Origin: Balanoglossus misakiensis | Taxonomy: Eukaryota; Animalia; Hemichordata | DNA length: 64,000 nucleotides | NCBI GenBank assembly: GCA_040954595.2 | Contig: CM082578.2 | Span: 11,291,166 to 11,355,165, forward strand | Direction: 5' to 3' | In this document: positions 42,501 to 53,900 of the stretch, one piece after another | Numbering within the stretch: position 1 is the first letter of the stretch | How the letters are laid out: each line of letters starts with the position of its first letter | Translations under genes and position numbers: made by a program | The notes under the pieces: generated by a model | Seen by the model: only the letters and a program-made list of their open reading frames with translations | Database searches by the model: none | What the model was told of the DNA's origin: nothing

Positions 42501-43527
42501 TTTTGTTGAGTTGACGACTGAATTTCAGTCTCGGCAAAAATTGAATGCCCAATAGCGATGATGTTCACCTTACAAGCCACACAACGGGTGCTCCAATATG
42601 CGGGAGTAGAACAGATGATACCAACTGACAATAATTCCAGAAAAAAATCTCCAGCTGAAGTCCTTACTCTTTTGAGTAGAGAAAATGTACGCTGTAGCTC
42701 ATCAGCATAAATGCGCTTTTAAAACTTTTATCGGTGAATCTCTAAAGGTTATATGGTGGCTTTTTAAAAATCGTGTCCGACTTTACTCTTTGTATCTGTT
42801 GAGAACAGTCTTACCGTGGAGTATGCGAGGGACACTTCTCTCTATTCTTGTCTTGTGGTGGCGCTATCACTCTTGTCTTTAACTTTTCTTTCTTTCTCTG
42901 TACACCCACCCTTTTCCTCGTTATCTCTTTAAACCCTTTGCGTGTTGCTAGGAATGCAAAGAAGCTCTGACGGGGAGCAGGTTTTTTAAAGTCGATGGGA
43001 AGCCATACTGTAGCCGACACCCGTCAAAATCGTCGTCTCGACGTTAAAAATCACCCGCATGTTGCGACAACAAGGAAACAGCTTGCTGAGTTGTATGCAT
43101 GGTTTTTTACGTCTCACCGAGCTTTACTTTTGTAAATTTTTATTTTCTTTTCTTTTTCTTTTTAACTTTTGCACGGAGTGGCTTTTATTTTGCTATGATG
43201 TTATTTACAATGTAATATTATGTGGGATGCGTAGATATATAAGTGTGAGAAGTTTCGTGGAGTGCGTCGGTTAAAGAAGCCTATAAGCATTCGTAATTTC
43301 AAATCTTACACACGAGCACCTAACAACACGATCTGTATCGTTCATTGACGATGAAAACTGACGCTAGAGGACGTGCATGTATAGTTCTGAGCCTAGTTCT
43401 TCCAATCATCTCAGCGTAAACTCATCATCATTCTTCTTTCCCCCCTGTACAGAAATGCAAGGGCTCCCTCACCGGAACGAAGTTCTACAACGTCGACGGT
43501 AAACCCGTATGCACTGCATGTGGTTAA
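39505..43527 (+). CDS. LIM gene 2: three-LIM-only protein, isoform using terminal exon 5b (184 aa)
   Basis: join(39505..39539,39917..40100,41162..41282,42065..42204,43453..43527). Exon sizes 35/184/121/140/75 are identical to gene 1. Starts MPICAKCYKSISGTVVKALDKEWHDYCFTC and ends KCKGSLTGTKFYNVDGKPVCTACG*. Confidence 0.92.
42952..43047 (+). CDS. LIM gene 2 alternative terminal exon 5a (gives a 191 aa isoform)
   Basis: Long pyrimidine tract (about 42873-42940) and a TAG acceptor at 42949-42951, phase 0. Encodes ECKEALTGSRFFKVDGKPYCSRHPSKSSSRR*, a complete second half of LIM3 ending in C-x2-H. Confidence 0.8.
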   Translation, partial: ECKEALTGSRFFKVDGKPYCSRHPSKSSSRR

Positions 43528-46500
43528 ACTGCCCTCTATCGACGTCGATGGACCCCCGAAGTTGTTCGACGACTTTACCGACCCGAGACCGTAGAAGACT
43601 ATTCGTTGTGTATTTTTCCCTTCCATTTTACGGTTTAGTTTATTAAGGCCAGTAGTTGCCGTAAGCACCGGTCGAAGGAATCGTCCGTGATGGGTACATT
43701 TTGGATATTGTTATAGGGCTGCAGTGCAGCCCTATAACAACAGCACACCAGTTGTCTTATCACATGGTGCAAGAGAGGGTGAGGGATTTTCATGATTGCA
43801 ACATACATTGTGGCCACACTGACGATTCTTTCGGCCGCGACTACTAGTGGAGTTAAATGATATTAGATATATAATAATAGGCACATACCTTCAATATATG
43901 CACGTTGCATTATCTAAGCGTTCTGAAATCCCTGTTGACCTTCACTGAAATATCTCTTTTGAGTCCGGCGAGCACTTGCAGTCATTCCAAGGCAGGGTTT
44001 GTTTGTCATGCGCATCCGTCGCACTGACGCCCCCAACGATAGAACCTAGCAATTTCCGGAGACTGTGCTCGCCATGAATTTGACAGTACGTAGTATAGTA
44101 CTCGCATTTACAGAGAGGTGCCAGTTTTGGCCAAACACTGTCCAGTGCCAAGAATTTGGGCAGATTTTTGTGTTACCCTAGGATATAAACGAAATGTAAA
44201 TTGAAATTTCGTGTGCATGTTTACATTTAAGTGGGTTCATTGAATTCGACAAAACACCTTAAATTTGGTCTTCCTTGAGTGTCACGGCCCTGGCACTTTA
44301 AAAACATTTCAAGATTTGGGACTATATTCCACTCGACTGGGGCATCTCTGTGTCAAATACAGACTGCCATGTTTTGGCCTCGAGCGCAATTTGTTTGCGA
44401 AGATGCTCATGCATAAAACCACTGACGTGAAAAGCAGCGAACTACCGACGTTGGGTAACGTTCCCTCGTTCACCAGTATAGCAGCGGTATTTGGAGAGAT
44501 GCCCGGGATATTTTTTAAACATTGGCCCAATATTAAAGTTGTAGTTAGTAACAATAAATGTTTCTTTCTCTTTTTTTGACAATCAGAGGTTGAAAGTGTA
44601 TATCGTATGATATACTGTCGCCTCACGCGTTTGAAACGCTGCTTTGATGTAGGCAAGTCTTTTTGATTTGATCACGTAGTGGTCTGGGTTTAGACTGATG
44701 CAATTATATAAATGTATAGAGTTAGGCATCGTTAAGGTTTTTGTTACGTATTCTTATCAGCAAGCTCCAGTACTGTGATTTGTAACAACTATATACTAAA
44801 ACTGAAATGATACCATATATCGATGTATTCCTAGGTATACCTTTTGCATGTAATGGTCATATCTCTAAAGCACCATGGAAAGTAACATACATTTTTTTCT
44901 CATCTGCGTATCAAAAATTACGGATCATTCTGCCGGCCATGCGCAGTGGAATTATTACCACGCCCTCTGGGAAGCTCAGGTGATAACTACGCGTGTTCGA
45001 TCGGTGAATGGTTCGTTCATTTTTTAACGTATAGGACAGCAGTTAGAATATATTTACACTTTGATTAAGTCTTTATGTAGACTCTACGTTAAGCAATAAA
45101 TCGTATTTTCCAAACTGGGAATTTGAACTTTTGTCGTTAGTATTAAAAACTCATGAGCTGCATCTATGAGAAATAGGTTAAAATCACCCAATTGGACCTT
45201 TATACAAGGAACTGGCTCGAAAGGTTAAATTGACTCTACCTTTAAATCAAAGGACGATGTCAGTGATGCAGACAAGGTCAGCAAAAGGTCACATATATCA
45301 ATGTGGAATACAGAGTGTCTGTTATCTTTGCGCATCCACCCGAGGTTACCGCGAAACAATACACTATTGTTCACATATCGAGAAATCTTAATGTTTTTTT
45401 TATTTGGTCCTGCACAGGAATGGAGATGCCTCTCTAACAATCGCGTCGATCCGCGAACGCTTCGAAAGTAATTCTACTCCCTGTCTCATTAATCAATTTA
45501 TCGGGCGTGTTTTTAATTATAAATTAAACCGTGATTAAACTGGATAAATGCATGTTTAATAAACAACAAACTTATGTTGAAACTGGATCCGTGATCGCTT
45601 TCCTGACATTCTATAAACTGTCCAAACTACCAGTAACTCCGTCAACCATGTCACGCCGTCCTATATACATGTCTACGTCAACTTTGAAAGGTTCGCATGT
45701 CCTTTGCATATAACCTCGCAATCCAAATGTCGCCACAATATGTATACAAAAGCTGTTGCACGTTTATCTATATTTAATATTAATTAATTTTTTTCTGCAT
45801 CAAAATGTTATTTTTAAAACGACACAAGGCCCCCCCCCCCCTGAACAGCCAGTGTCAATTTCACGCACAGGGCCATATTTTCTCCAATGTAGAGTGCTTT
45901 GGCCAGAAGTTAAATATCCAGGGTGGTCATGGGTGCATGTACCGAAAGTGCAGTGGTACAGCGACTACGCAGTCACTGACACGTAATGGGGATGGCATAT
46001 ATTTATATGCCCGACCTTCATGCGTATTTTTCGCGTAGGAGGTCAGTTGACAAGCCAGCGAATGATTAACTCTCAAAATTCGGTCACCAGGCTTATGCTA
46101 GGGACGTGCCATCGAGAACAAACACTTGTAATTTCAAATCACCTGCTATATGCAAAATGGAATATGTGTGTATATAAATAGTGGATATCATAATTTATTT
46201 TTACGAGTTTGTGATCAATACATATCTCATATAATTACGCTGATGCGTTGGGGGGGGGGGCGGGAACTTTTATTTGGTCATGCCCCCCCCCCCCCTTCTT
46301 TTTGGCCCAGCAGATACCTTGGTGCTTGAGCGTTGCTTAGTAGCAAGGCGTCTTGTGGGTTCTCCAGTACGTGCAAGTCTGACTTTTATTCCTCGAAAGA
46401 ACCTCTCGTTGTGATTTTGTCACCTACGTTTTGTTCTTAAATAGACGTCTACTTCGCTTGTTGAAAGGGACTAGAATGTTACAGCGATACAGGTTCACTG

Positions 46501-46799
46501 AAAATGCCTCCGTGGCACGGTTGTCGTGGTTGTTCTGTTGGTTTGTCCGGGAAATAGGTCGACGGCCAACGTGAGCAACACGGCGCCATTTTGAATAAAG
46601 CGATATGCGACCATGACCAGTCCCAGTGAATTCGAACAGCTTTCTTTAATGATAAAGTCGCTTAAAAAGTTAAAAAAACAACAACACAAAACCAAACCCA
46701 AGCATCCAATCGACGAAAGCATCATCGACTAGTTTTGTAGCGTTGTTTTTGCACACCGCACCATTTTGACCAAACAGCGACACACCCATTCTGATTAGG

Positions 46800-46981
46800 C
46801 CTACAAGCACCTGAATCATGTTGGTAATATTTTGCATTTTGCACTCCTCACCATTTTTTGTTTGACGAACGCACCTGTAATTTAAAGACCTGAAGTTCTA
46901 GATACTCACACACCTGTATCGACCCCCCACCCATCAGCACTTTAAGCACTGAGGCGAAGTTAAAGTCTTATCCAACCACAG
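46800..46981 (+). promoter_or_regulatory. Candidate promoter and non-coding first exon of LIM gene 3
   Basis: Three CACCTG E-boxes (about 46808, 46872, 46911), a TATA-like TTTAAA at 46881 and a perfect donor CAG|GTAAGT at 46981/46982. The ATG exon at 50134 is preceded by a strong acceptor, so an upstream UTR exon is needed. Confidence 0.5.
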
Positions 46982-48189
46982 GTAAGTTTGGGAACAGACA
47001 TATACCCAGGACAGATCTTCATTCTATCGACGCTGCGTGTTTACGGTGCCTTGCAGAGTAAATATACATTGTATATTTAATTTTCATATCTGTGGTCGCA
47101 CGATTCGGTGCCAAACTGATTGCGTTTACGTTTGGCCAGAAGAGGCAACATCTGCACACCCGATTTCGGTTGTTTGCATACATTTGACGGAGCAGTCGGT
47201 ATTCACTAACATGTAGTAATATATAGTGGTAATATCCCGGTAAGCCCTCCCAGGCACGTATATATATGTATCTATACAGCGTTATGATATCGCGTATACA
47301 TGGCGGTGGGCAAATCATTCAATTAAAATATGCTGCGTCAGGTGTATGTAGTGGAAAGGCTGGGACGGAGGCTATTCGCGACCCGACGGAGACTGTTATC
47401 TCCGAGACCTTTCAAGTCCCCGGACCTCGACACAATCAACCGGGGGCAAAGTTGAAGACTTTAACGGGGTTCGCGTTTATTCAGCCGGGGGTCAGTGTGG
47501 ATGAGTCCGTCCAGGGGCAGGACCGGGCACGTATATCACGCACCGCAGTTTTATCTCGAACGGTCGCGTTTCCCGCCAGCTTCCTCTTCAATCTCGCCCC
47601 GTCGACCACCTGTTGCCTGGGTAACATGAGAAACAACGCTGGGACCTTTTTTCTAACCCACGCATCAAAGCCATAAATCGCGCGAGCGAAAAACAACCTC
47701 CTCGCTGCAGTAAAGGTGTACTTGACATCCGTTGCATACCATCCGTGCAACTATCAACACCGTTGTTTACTCTGCACCCTGCCTCAGTATTTCTCGACCG
47801 CTCTCGAAGGGCAGTGCGACCAACACCTATAGCAAACAAAAACTTGGTTGGTTGTAACGATCCAATGTCATGTGTGCTTGGTAAATAATCATTTCCTTTT
47901 TATCTGAAAGAGGGCCCGCTTAAGTCGAGGTAAGCGCGTCCCATCTCGAGAAAGTGCTGTAAAATTGTCACGTTGAAATAGATCATTCGCAAAGTGCAAG
48001 TAGTCACGAGGTTACAAATCGAACCAACAAGTCAAGAGATAAATTGCAAATTCCACGCGTTCGACCACCGAGGCCTACTATTTTCAACCTCGGAATTTCC
48101 TAAAACAACACGTCATTGTCCTTGTTCGCTGATTAAACAGTAATGCAAGCAACGGGTGAAGTCCAATAACACGGGCAAGAAATTAAAAT

Positions 48190-48192
<3 letters not shown>

Positions 48193-48228
<36 letters not shown>
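48193..48228. repeat. (GA)n microsatellite
   Basis: Directly visible. Confidence 0.95.
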
Positions 48229-48231
<3 letters not shown>

Positions 48232-50143
48232 CGCATGCGTCCTCTAAAATGAGAAGTGGCATGTGAGATTCTTTCAGTAGTGAAAAATGCAGCTTCCCGT
48301 TTTCGGAAACCTACGACCCCTTTTGGTAAAATTAAGTGCGTATCAGTATTTCCCCTGCAGTGTGTTTTACTGGGTTGATTGAAGAGAACTGCAAACAAAG
48401 TGGCGTTATCACCAGCGCGTGTGACAGAAAGAATCACTGTGGCGTTTTCTTTCAGTAACATAATTTTCGCATGACCATACAGGCCTGTTAAAAGTTTGAA
48501 AGCTACAAAGCGGACAAACTCATCACATGTATTATAAATGGCACCTCGTGACACGGTTGCATACCAATGTTGCCATGTTGTAAGCCCAGGCGGAGTCCAA
48601 CAACATGTTGACTTACACTCCCGAGGAACACTTAACCTTTACATGGCCTTTAATAAGATACAATGCCGAACATTAGTACATGTAGTATAGAGGTGGTCGA
48701 TGCTTTAATTAACCCCGGTTATCTTATCGCCGGACGCTGATTGTGATTCCCCCTACCCCATCCCTATAACTTCTGCAGGACGGAAATTAATCTTCCGAAC
48801 CCGTGTCAATTTTTACCGCCCTCGAAAAAATCAATATGTGATCGAAGTGACAAAAAAGGAATGGGTCGGATCGAGTGAACTCCTAATAAAGACCACACCC
48901 ATAGGTTGAACAGGAGAATCTGATAACATATCGAGGACGTGTTGAAAAAATACGGTAAAATGTGCAGGTGTATACGTGACGATTCACAACCATGAGTTTA
49001 CTGTATTATCGCTCCAGTTGCCAAAGGGTGTCCGAGGCGTGGGCTTCTAACTCGATTCGCAGCCCGCCGGCGAATTGATGTGATCGTGCAGTGCGGTGCT
49101 TTATGGCCGAAGCGTTCGAATTAGCCTGCAGCGTCGACAAGCAGAAATAAATCGGGGTATCATAAAAACCTACCAAATTTGAAAACTTGCCAAAATTTAT
49201 TTATACCTCGACCCAGGGTCTTTAACTCTTGTGTGCCATTCGCGCCGCAATAAAAGTTCACAACTACATACACTTTATAAAGCAAACGCCGCGTCAGCGA
49301 ACGCATATTGGTTCTGGTTGAGATATTTGCATTGAGTATATCTGCCAAAGTTGCTGGTATTCAATGATTGGGGATGGTGGGTCGACGGTCCTCTATTTGG
49401 GTTACGCTGAGCTACTAACACATAAGGTCACTCTGTATGATTCCCAGACAGATGGATCAAATATGCCGCCGATGCGGAAACCGTACAATGTCGCTTCGAA
49501 ACCACGGTGACAACAAATATGAACAAACAACACAAGCAATAAAATGCCGCGAGACCAATAAAAGAGTGGCCGAACCTCGCCTGAAACAACTCCGTTGTGC
49601 TACAAACTTTTGACTTTAATTCTACAATATGCGGCCCACACGCCATCATTTTCACAAATTCCTCCCACGCTCCTTTGTTCTGTTTGGACTGACAGAGCAG
49701 TATTAAAGTTAGCAACGCAGAAATTGTTACGTGGGTTGATTGATTCAAATTGGCCCCGAGTTACAAGCAACAAATCCTGGGATCATAGTCGGTTGACCTG
49801 GTATAATAATACCCTGTAAATTATGAAGTCGGCGGACAGATAACACTGACAGATCACCTCAATCCCCCCCAGGTGGCGTCACTGAGCTAACAAGCGTTAT
49901 GCTTTAAGTTAATAGCAACCACACAACGCGTGGCTTTATTCAAGCAGGTCCCCATTCCACGTTGGTGGGAACCGAAGCGGTGTGCTGTCCAAAGTTGCTA
50001 AGATGACCTATGTTACAGGCGTGTGCTCGCTTATGTCAGCATTGGGGTTGTGACCCTACACTTAAACGACATGATATATGTGTTGTCATCAACCGCGAGT
50101 CACCTTTACCTTTTTCCTTTCCTCTTCCCACAGATTGGTCAAA

Positions 50144-50932
50144 ATGGCGACTTGTCACAAATGCAGAGACCCAATTTCGTGAGTATATGTCAGACTAATA
50201 TCGAAAGTCTTGGAAATTGTAGCCTCTAAGTATTAAGTATTCTCGCTAAACAAACAAAGAGAAAACACAGAATGATAGTGAAAATGATAAAAATTGTCTA
50301 GTTTGCTGCCTTGACCCGTATTCCCCGGTAGAGGGCGCTCCTGGGAATAATGGTCAGGGAACCAGACTAAAAATTGTCGTTATCTACGCGACACAACCAC
50401 CACCACTACTATCATTACCTGTAAGAGGTGGTGCGGCGAAACTACCAGTATTACTCGTTAAAAACAAAGTAACATATCGGACGCGCGAGGGCGCTACAAA
50501 ACTGACATCACTGTGGTACCCACGGACTAACCAACCAACCAACACCGGCATGTCTCTCTTCTACTGTTCCGTACAGGGGCACAGTCATAACGGCGCTTGA
50601 CAACAAGTGGCACCCTGGGTGCTTCGTTTGTGGCGAGTGTAAGCAGGAGCTGAGAGGCAAGACATTCTTCCAAGGAAAACAAGGCCAACCTTTGTGCGAT
50701 AAAGATTATAAGAAACTGGAAGCTGCCAAGTGCGAGAAGTGCAAGGATCCCGTTGTAGGGGTAAGCTTCGTTATTATCGTCGATATTATATTGTATAGAG
50801 ACAACATAAATCAATGTCAGGCAGTGCTTGGCCTGTTACCAGGTTAGGAATCATACAAACCCGTAGGGTGATTAACGCAATCCCTGTTTCTCTCTTTATC
50901 TCTCTTATTCATTTCTATATTTCCCTCGTGTC

Positions 50933-50974
<42 letters not shown>

Positions 50975-53900
50975 ACTATCTCTGTTTCCCTCTGCGTCTC
51001 TCTGCACCCCCTCTCTCAATCCATTTCACACAAACAGGAGATCGTATCCGCACTGGGAGGCAAATGGCATCCAAAATGCTTCGTGTGCACCGAGTGTAAG
51101 AAATCTTTCAAAGATGGGAGTTTCAGCGTCAACGAAGGGAAGCCATATTGCAAAAAGGGTTAGTTGTACCTTTTACATCATTTCCCAGTTTTGCGCGTGG
51201 ACGAGGCTTCTTCTGATATTACATGAGAGTAGGACAATTTGTTGTTAGCCAAAAAAAGCCACACCACTAACAAAGTCAACTGGACTGCGACCAGCATGAC
51301 CAGACTAGTCAGTTGACTGTACAGACTGTTACGCACTGGACATCTTTTTTTTTCACCACAGACTACGAGAAAATGTTCCTCGGTGGAAAGAAGAAGCCCG
51401 AGAAATGCAAGGGCTGCAAGGACAAGATCGAAACTCAGTGGGTGGAAGCAATGGGACACTCTTGGCACCCCGGTTGTTTTGTTTGTAAGGTTGGTAGAAT
51501 TAGGGCACAAGCCAAGCAGGCTTGTGCCCTATTGGTATTACTGGGGTTTTTAGGGCACAAGCCCCACAGGCTTGTGCCCTATTGGTATTGTTGGCTTTTT
51601 TTAGGGCACAAGCCAAGCAGGCTTGTGCCCTATTGGTATTACTGGGGTTTTTCATCCTCTTCTTTTTCTTGTGTAGTTTTTTTGCCCAATAGGATCTTGA
51701 AAACGGCTGAACCTACAAATCTCAAACTTGGCACAGTGATGCAGGCCTATGAGAGCTGGTGCAGTACCCTCGTGAATGTTTAATAAGTCATGTGACCTGA
51801 TGACCATATATGGGCAAAGTTTTCAAATGGGCCTAATTTGCATATGAATGGAGATATCAAAATTCTTTTAGCAACTTTTGCGGACCATGTGGTCAGTGTC
51901 CTACATGCCAAATGTCAAGGCCATGGGCCAAGTCTATTGTCAGAAGAAGATTATTAAATATTATTTGTCATATTTGTGGACCCAGCCATAGGCCTTTACT
52001 TTCTATAGTTAAGCTATGACACTATGTCCACGTCTGTGCAATTGTCCTGTACAGTGACAGTCTAGTGGCCCGTGAGCTGAATGGGACCAAAATAAAAGAC
52101 AAAATTTTGGGCTCACCTGTAACACCTGCTTAACTCATTAATTATGTGCATACCTAATTCCGGGCTAACTATTAGGGCTAGAGGTTTTGTTCTTGTGGGA
52201 CATGGACCAGTATGGGATCAAAACTTTTTGCTTAAATTTTGGGTGACCTCAGGTGACCTTTGACCTACTTTCCTATATCTCGGCATCCACAGCAGGTACA
52301 GACTTGGCGTTTGGAGGGTTGTGACTAAAATTGAAAAGACAAAATTGGGGGTCACCTGTGACACCTGCTTATCTCATTAATTATGTGCATACCTAATTCC
52401 AGGCTAGCCAATAGGGCTAGAGGTTTGATTTTTGTTGAACATGGACCAGTATAGGGTTAAAATTTCTTGCCCAATTTAGGGTGACCTCAGGTGACCTTTG
52501 ACCTACTTTACCGTATCTCGGCAACCCATGCAGATACAGCCTTGGCATTTGGAGGCATGGAACTCCTAATGGAGCCTTATACTTTACCTCATTAATTATG
52601 TGCATATCTAATTCTAGGCGAACCAATAGGGCTAGAGGTCTGGTTTTTGTTGGACCTGGACTAGTATGGGGTCAAAATTTTTTGCCCAAATTTTGGGTGA
52701 CCACATATGACCTTTGACCTTCGGCTTAAGCTTGTGCCCGTCATCGCTGCTTGCAGCTATATTCTTCTACTTCTTCTTGGGCACTTTTTTCGGCCAGGTA
52801 GATCTGAAAAACTGCTGAACCCACAAATCTCAAATTTGGTACAATGGTGCAGGCCAATGAGAGCTGGTGCAGTACCCTCGTGAATGTTCAATAAGTCATG
52901 TGACCTGATGACCATATATGGGCAAAATTTTCAAATCGGCCTTATTTGCATATGGACGGAGATATCAAAATTCTTTTAGCAACTTTTGTGAACCATGTGG
53001 TCAGGGTTCTACATGCCAAATGTCAAGGCCATAGGCCTTGTCAATTTTGAGAAGAAGATTTTTAAGTATTATTTTTCATATTTTTCGGCCAAGCCATCGG
53101 CCTACACTATACATAGTTAAGCTTTGACCACATTTTATTTTGGATGAATATGCAGTCATATCTCAAAATATGTTGGGCCGATCAACTCCAAGTTTGGTGT
53201 GCAGGTAGCTTAGCATTTGCCAATAATTTTAAGCGAAAAAAATTAATATGAAAAATCGACCGATTTTTTTATATTAATTTTTTTATGAAATTTATACCTT
53301 TACTTATACCTCTATGGTTAAGCTATGTCCACGTCTTATTGTAGAATTCTGGTCTGTGCAATGGTCCTGTACACTGACTGTCTATTGGCCCGTGCGCAGA
53401 ATGGGACCAAAATAAAAGGCAAAATTTTGGGCTCACCTGTAACACCTGCTTAACTCATTAATTATGCGCATACCTCATTCCGGGCTAACTAATAGGGCTA
53501 GAGGTATTGTTCTTGTGTGACAAGGACTAGTTTGGGGTCAAAAATGTTTACCAAATTTTGGGTGACCTCAGGTGACCTTTGACCTACTTTCCTATATCTC
53601 GGCATCCAGAGCAGGTACAGACTTGGTGTTTGGAGGGTTGGGACTAAAATTGAAAAGCCAAAATGGGGGTCACCTGTGACACCTGTCTACCTCATTAATT
53701 ATGTGCATACCTAATTCCAGGCTAACCAATAGGGCTAAAGGTTTGGTTTTTGTTGAACATGGACCAGTATAGGGTCAAAATTTCTTGCCCAAATTTCGCA
53801 TGACCTCAGGTGACCTTTGACCTACTTTACCATATCTTGGCATCCAGAGCAGGTACAGACTTGTCGTTTGGAGGGTTGGGATTAAAATTGAAAAGCCAAA

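Noticed and set aside
51501-51652. Three 50-bp palindromic repeats resembling a CRISPR array
   Set aside because: No unique spacers, no cas genes and a eukaryotic intron context. They are the stacked 5' termini of Helentron-like elements.
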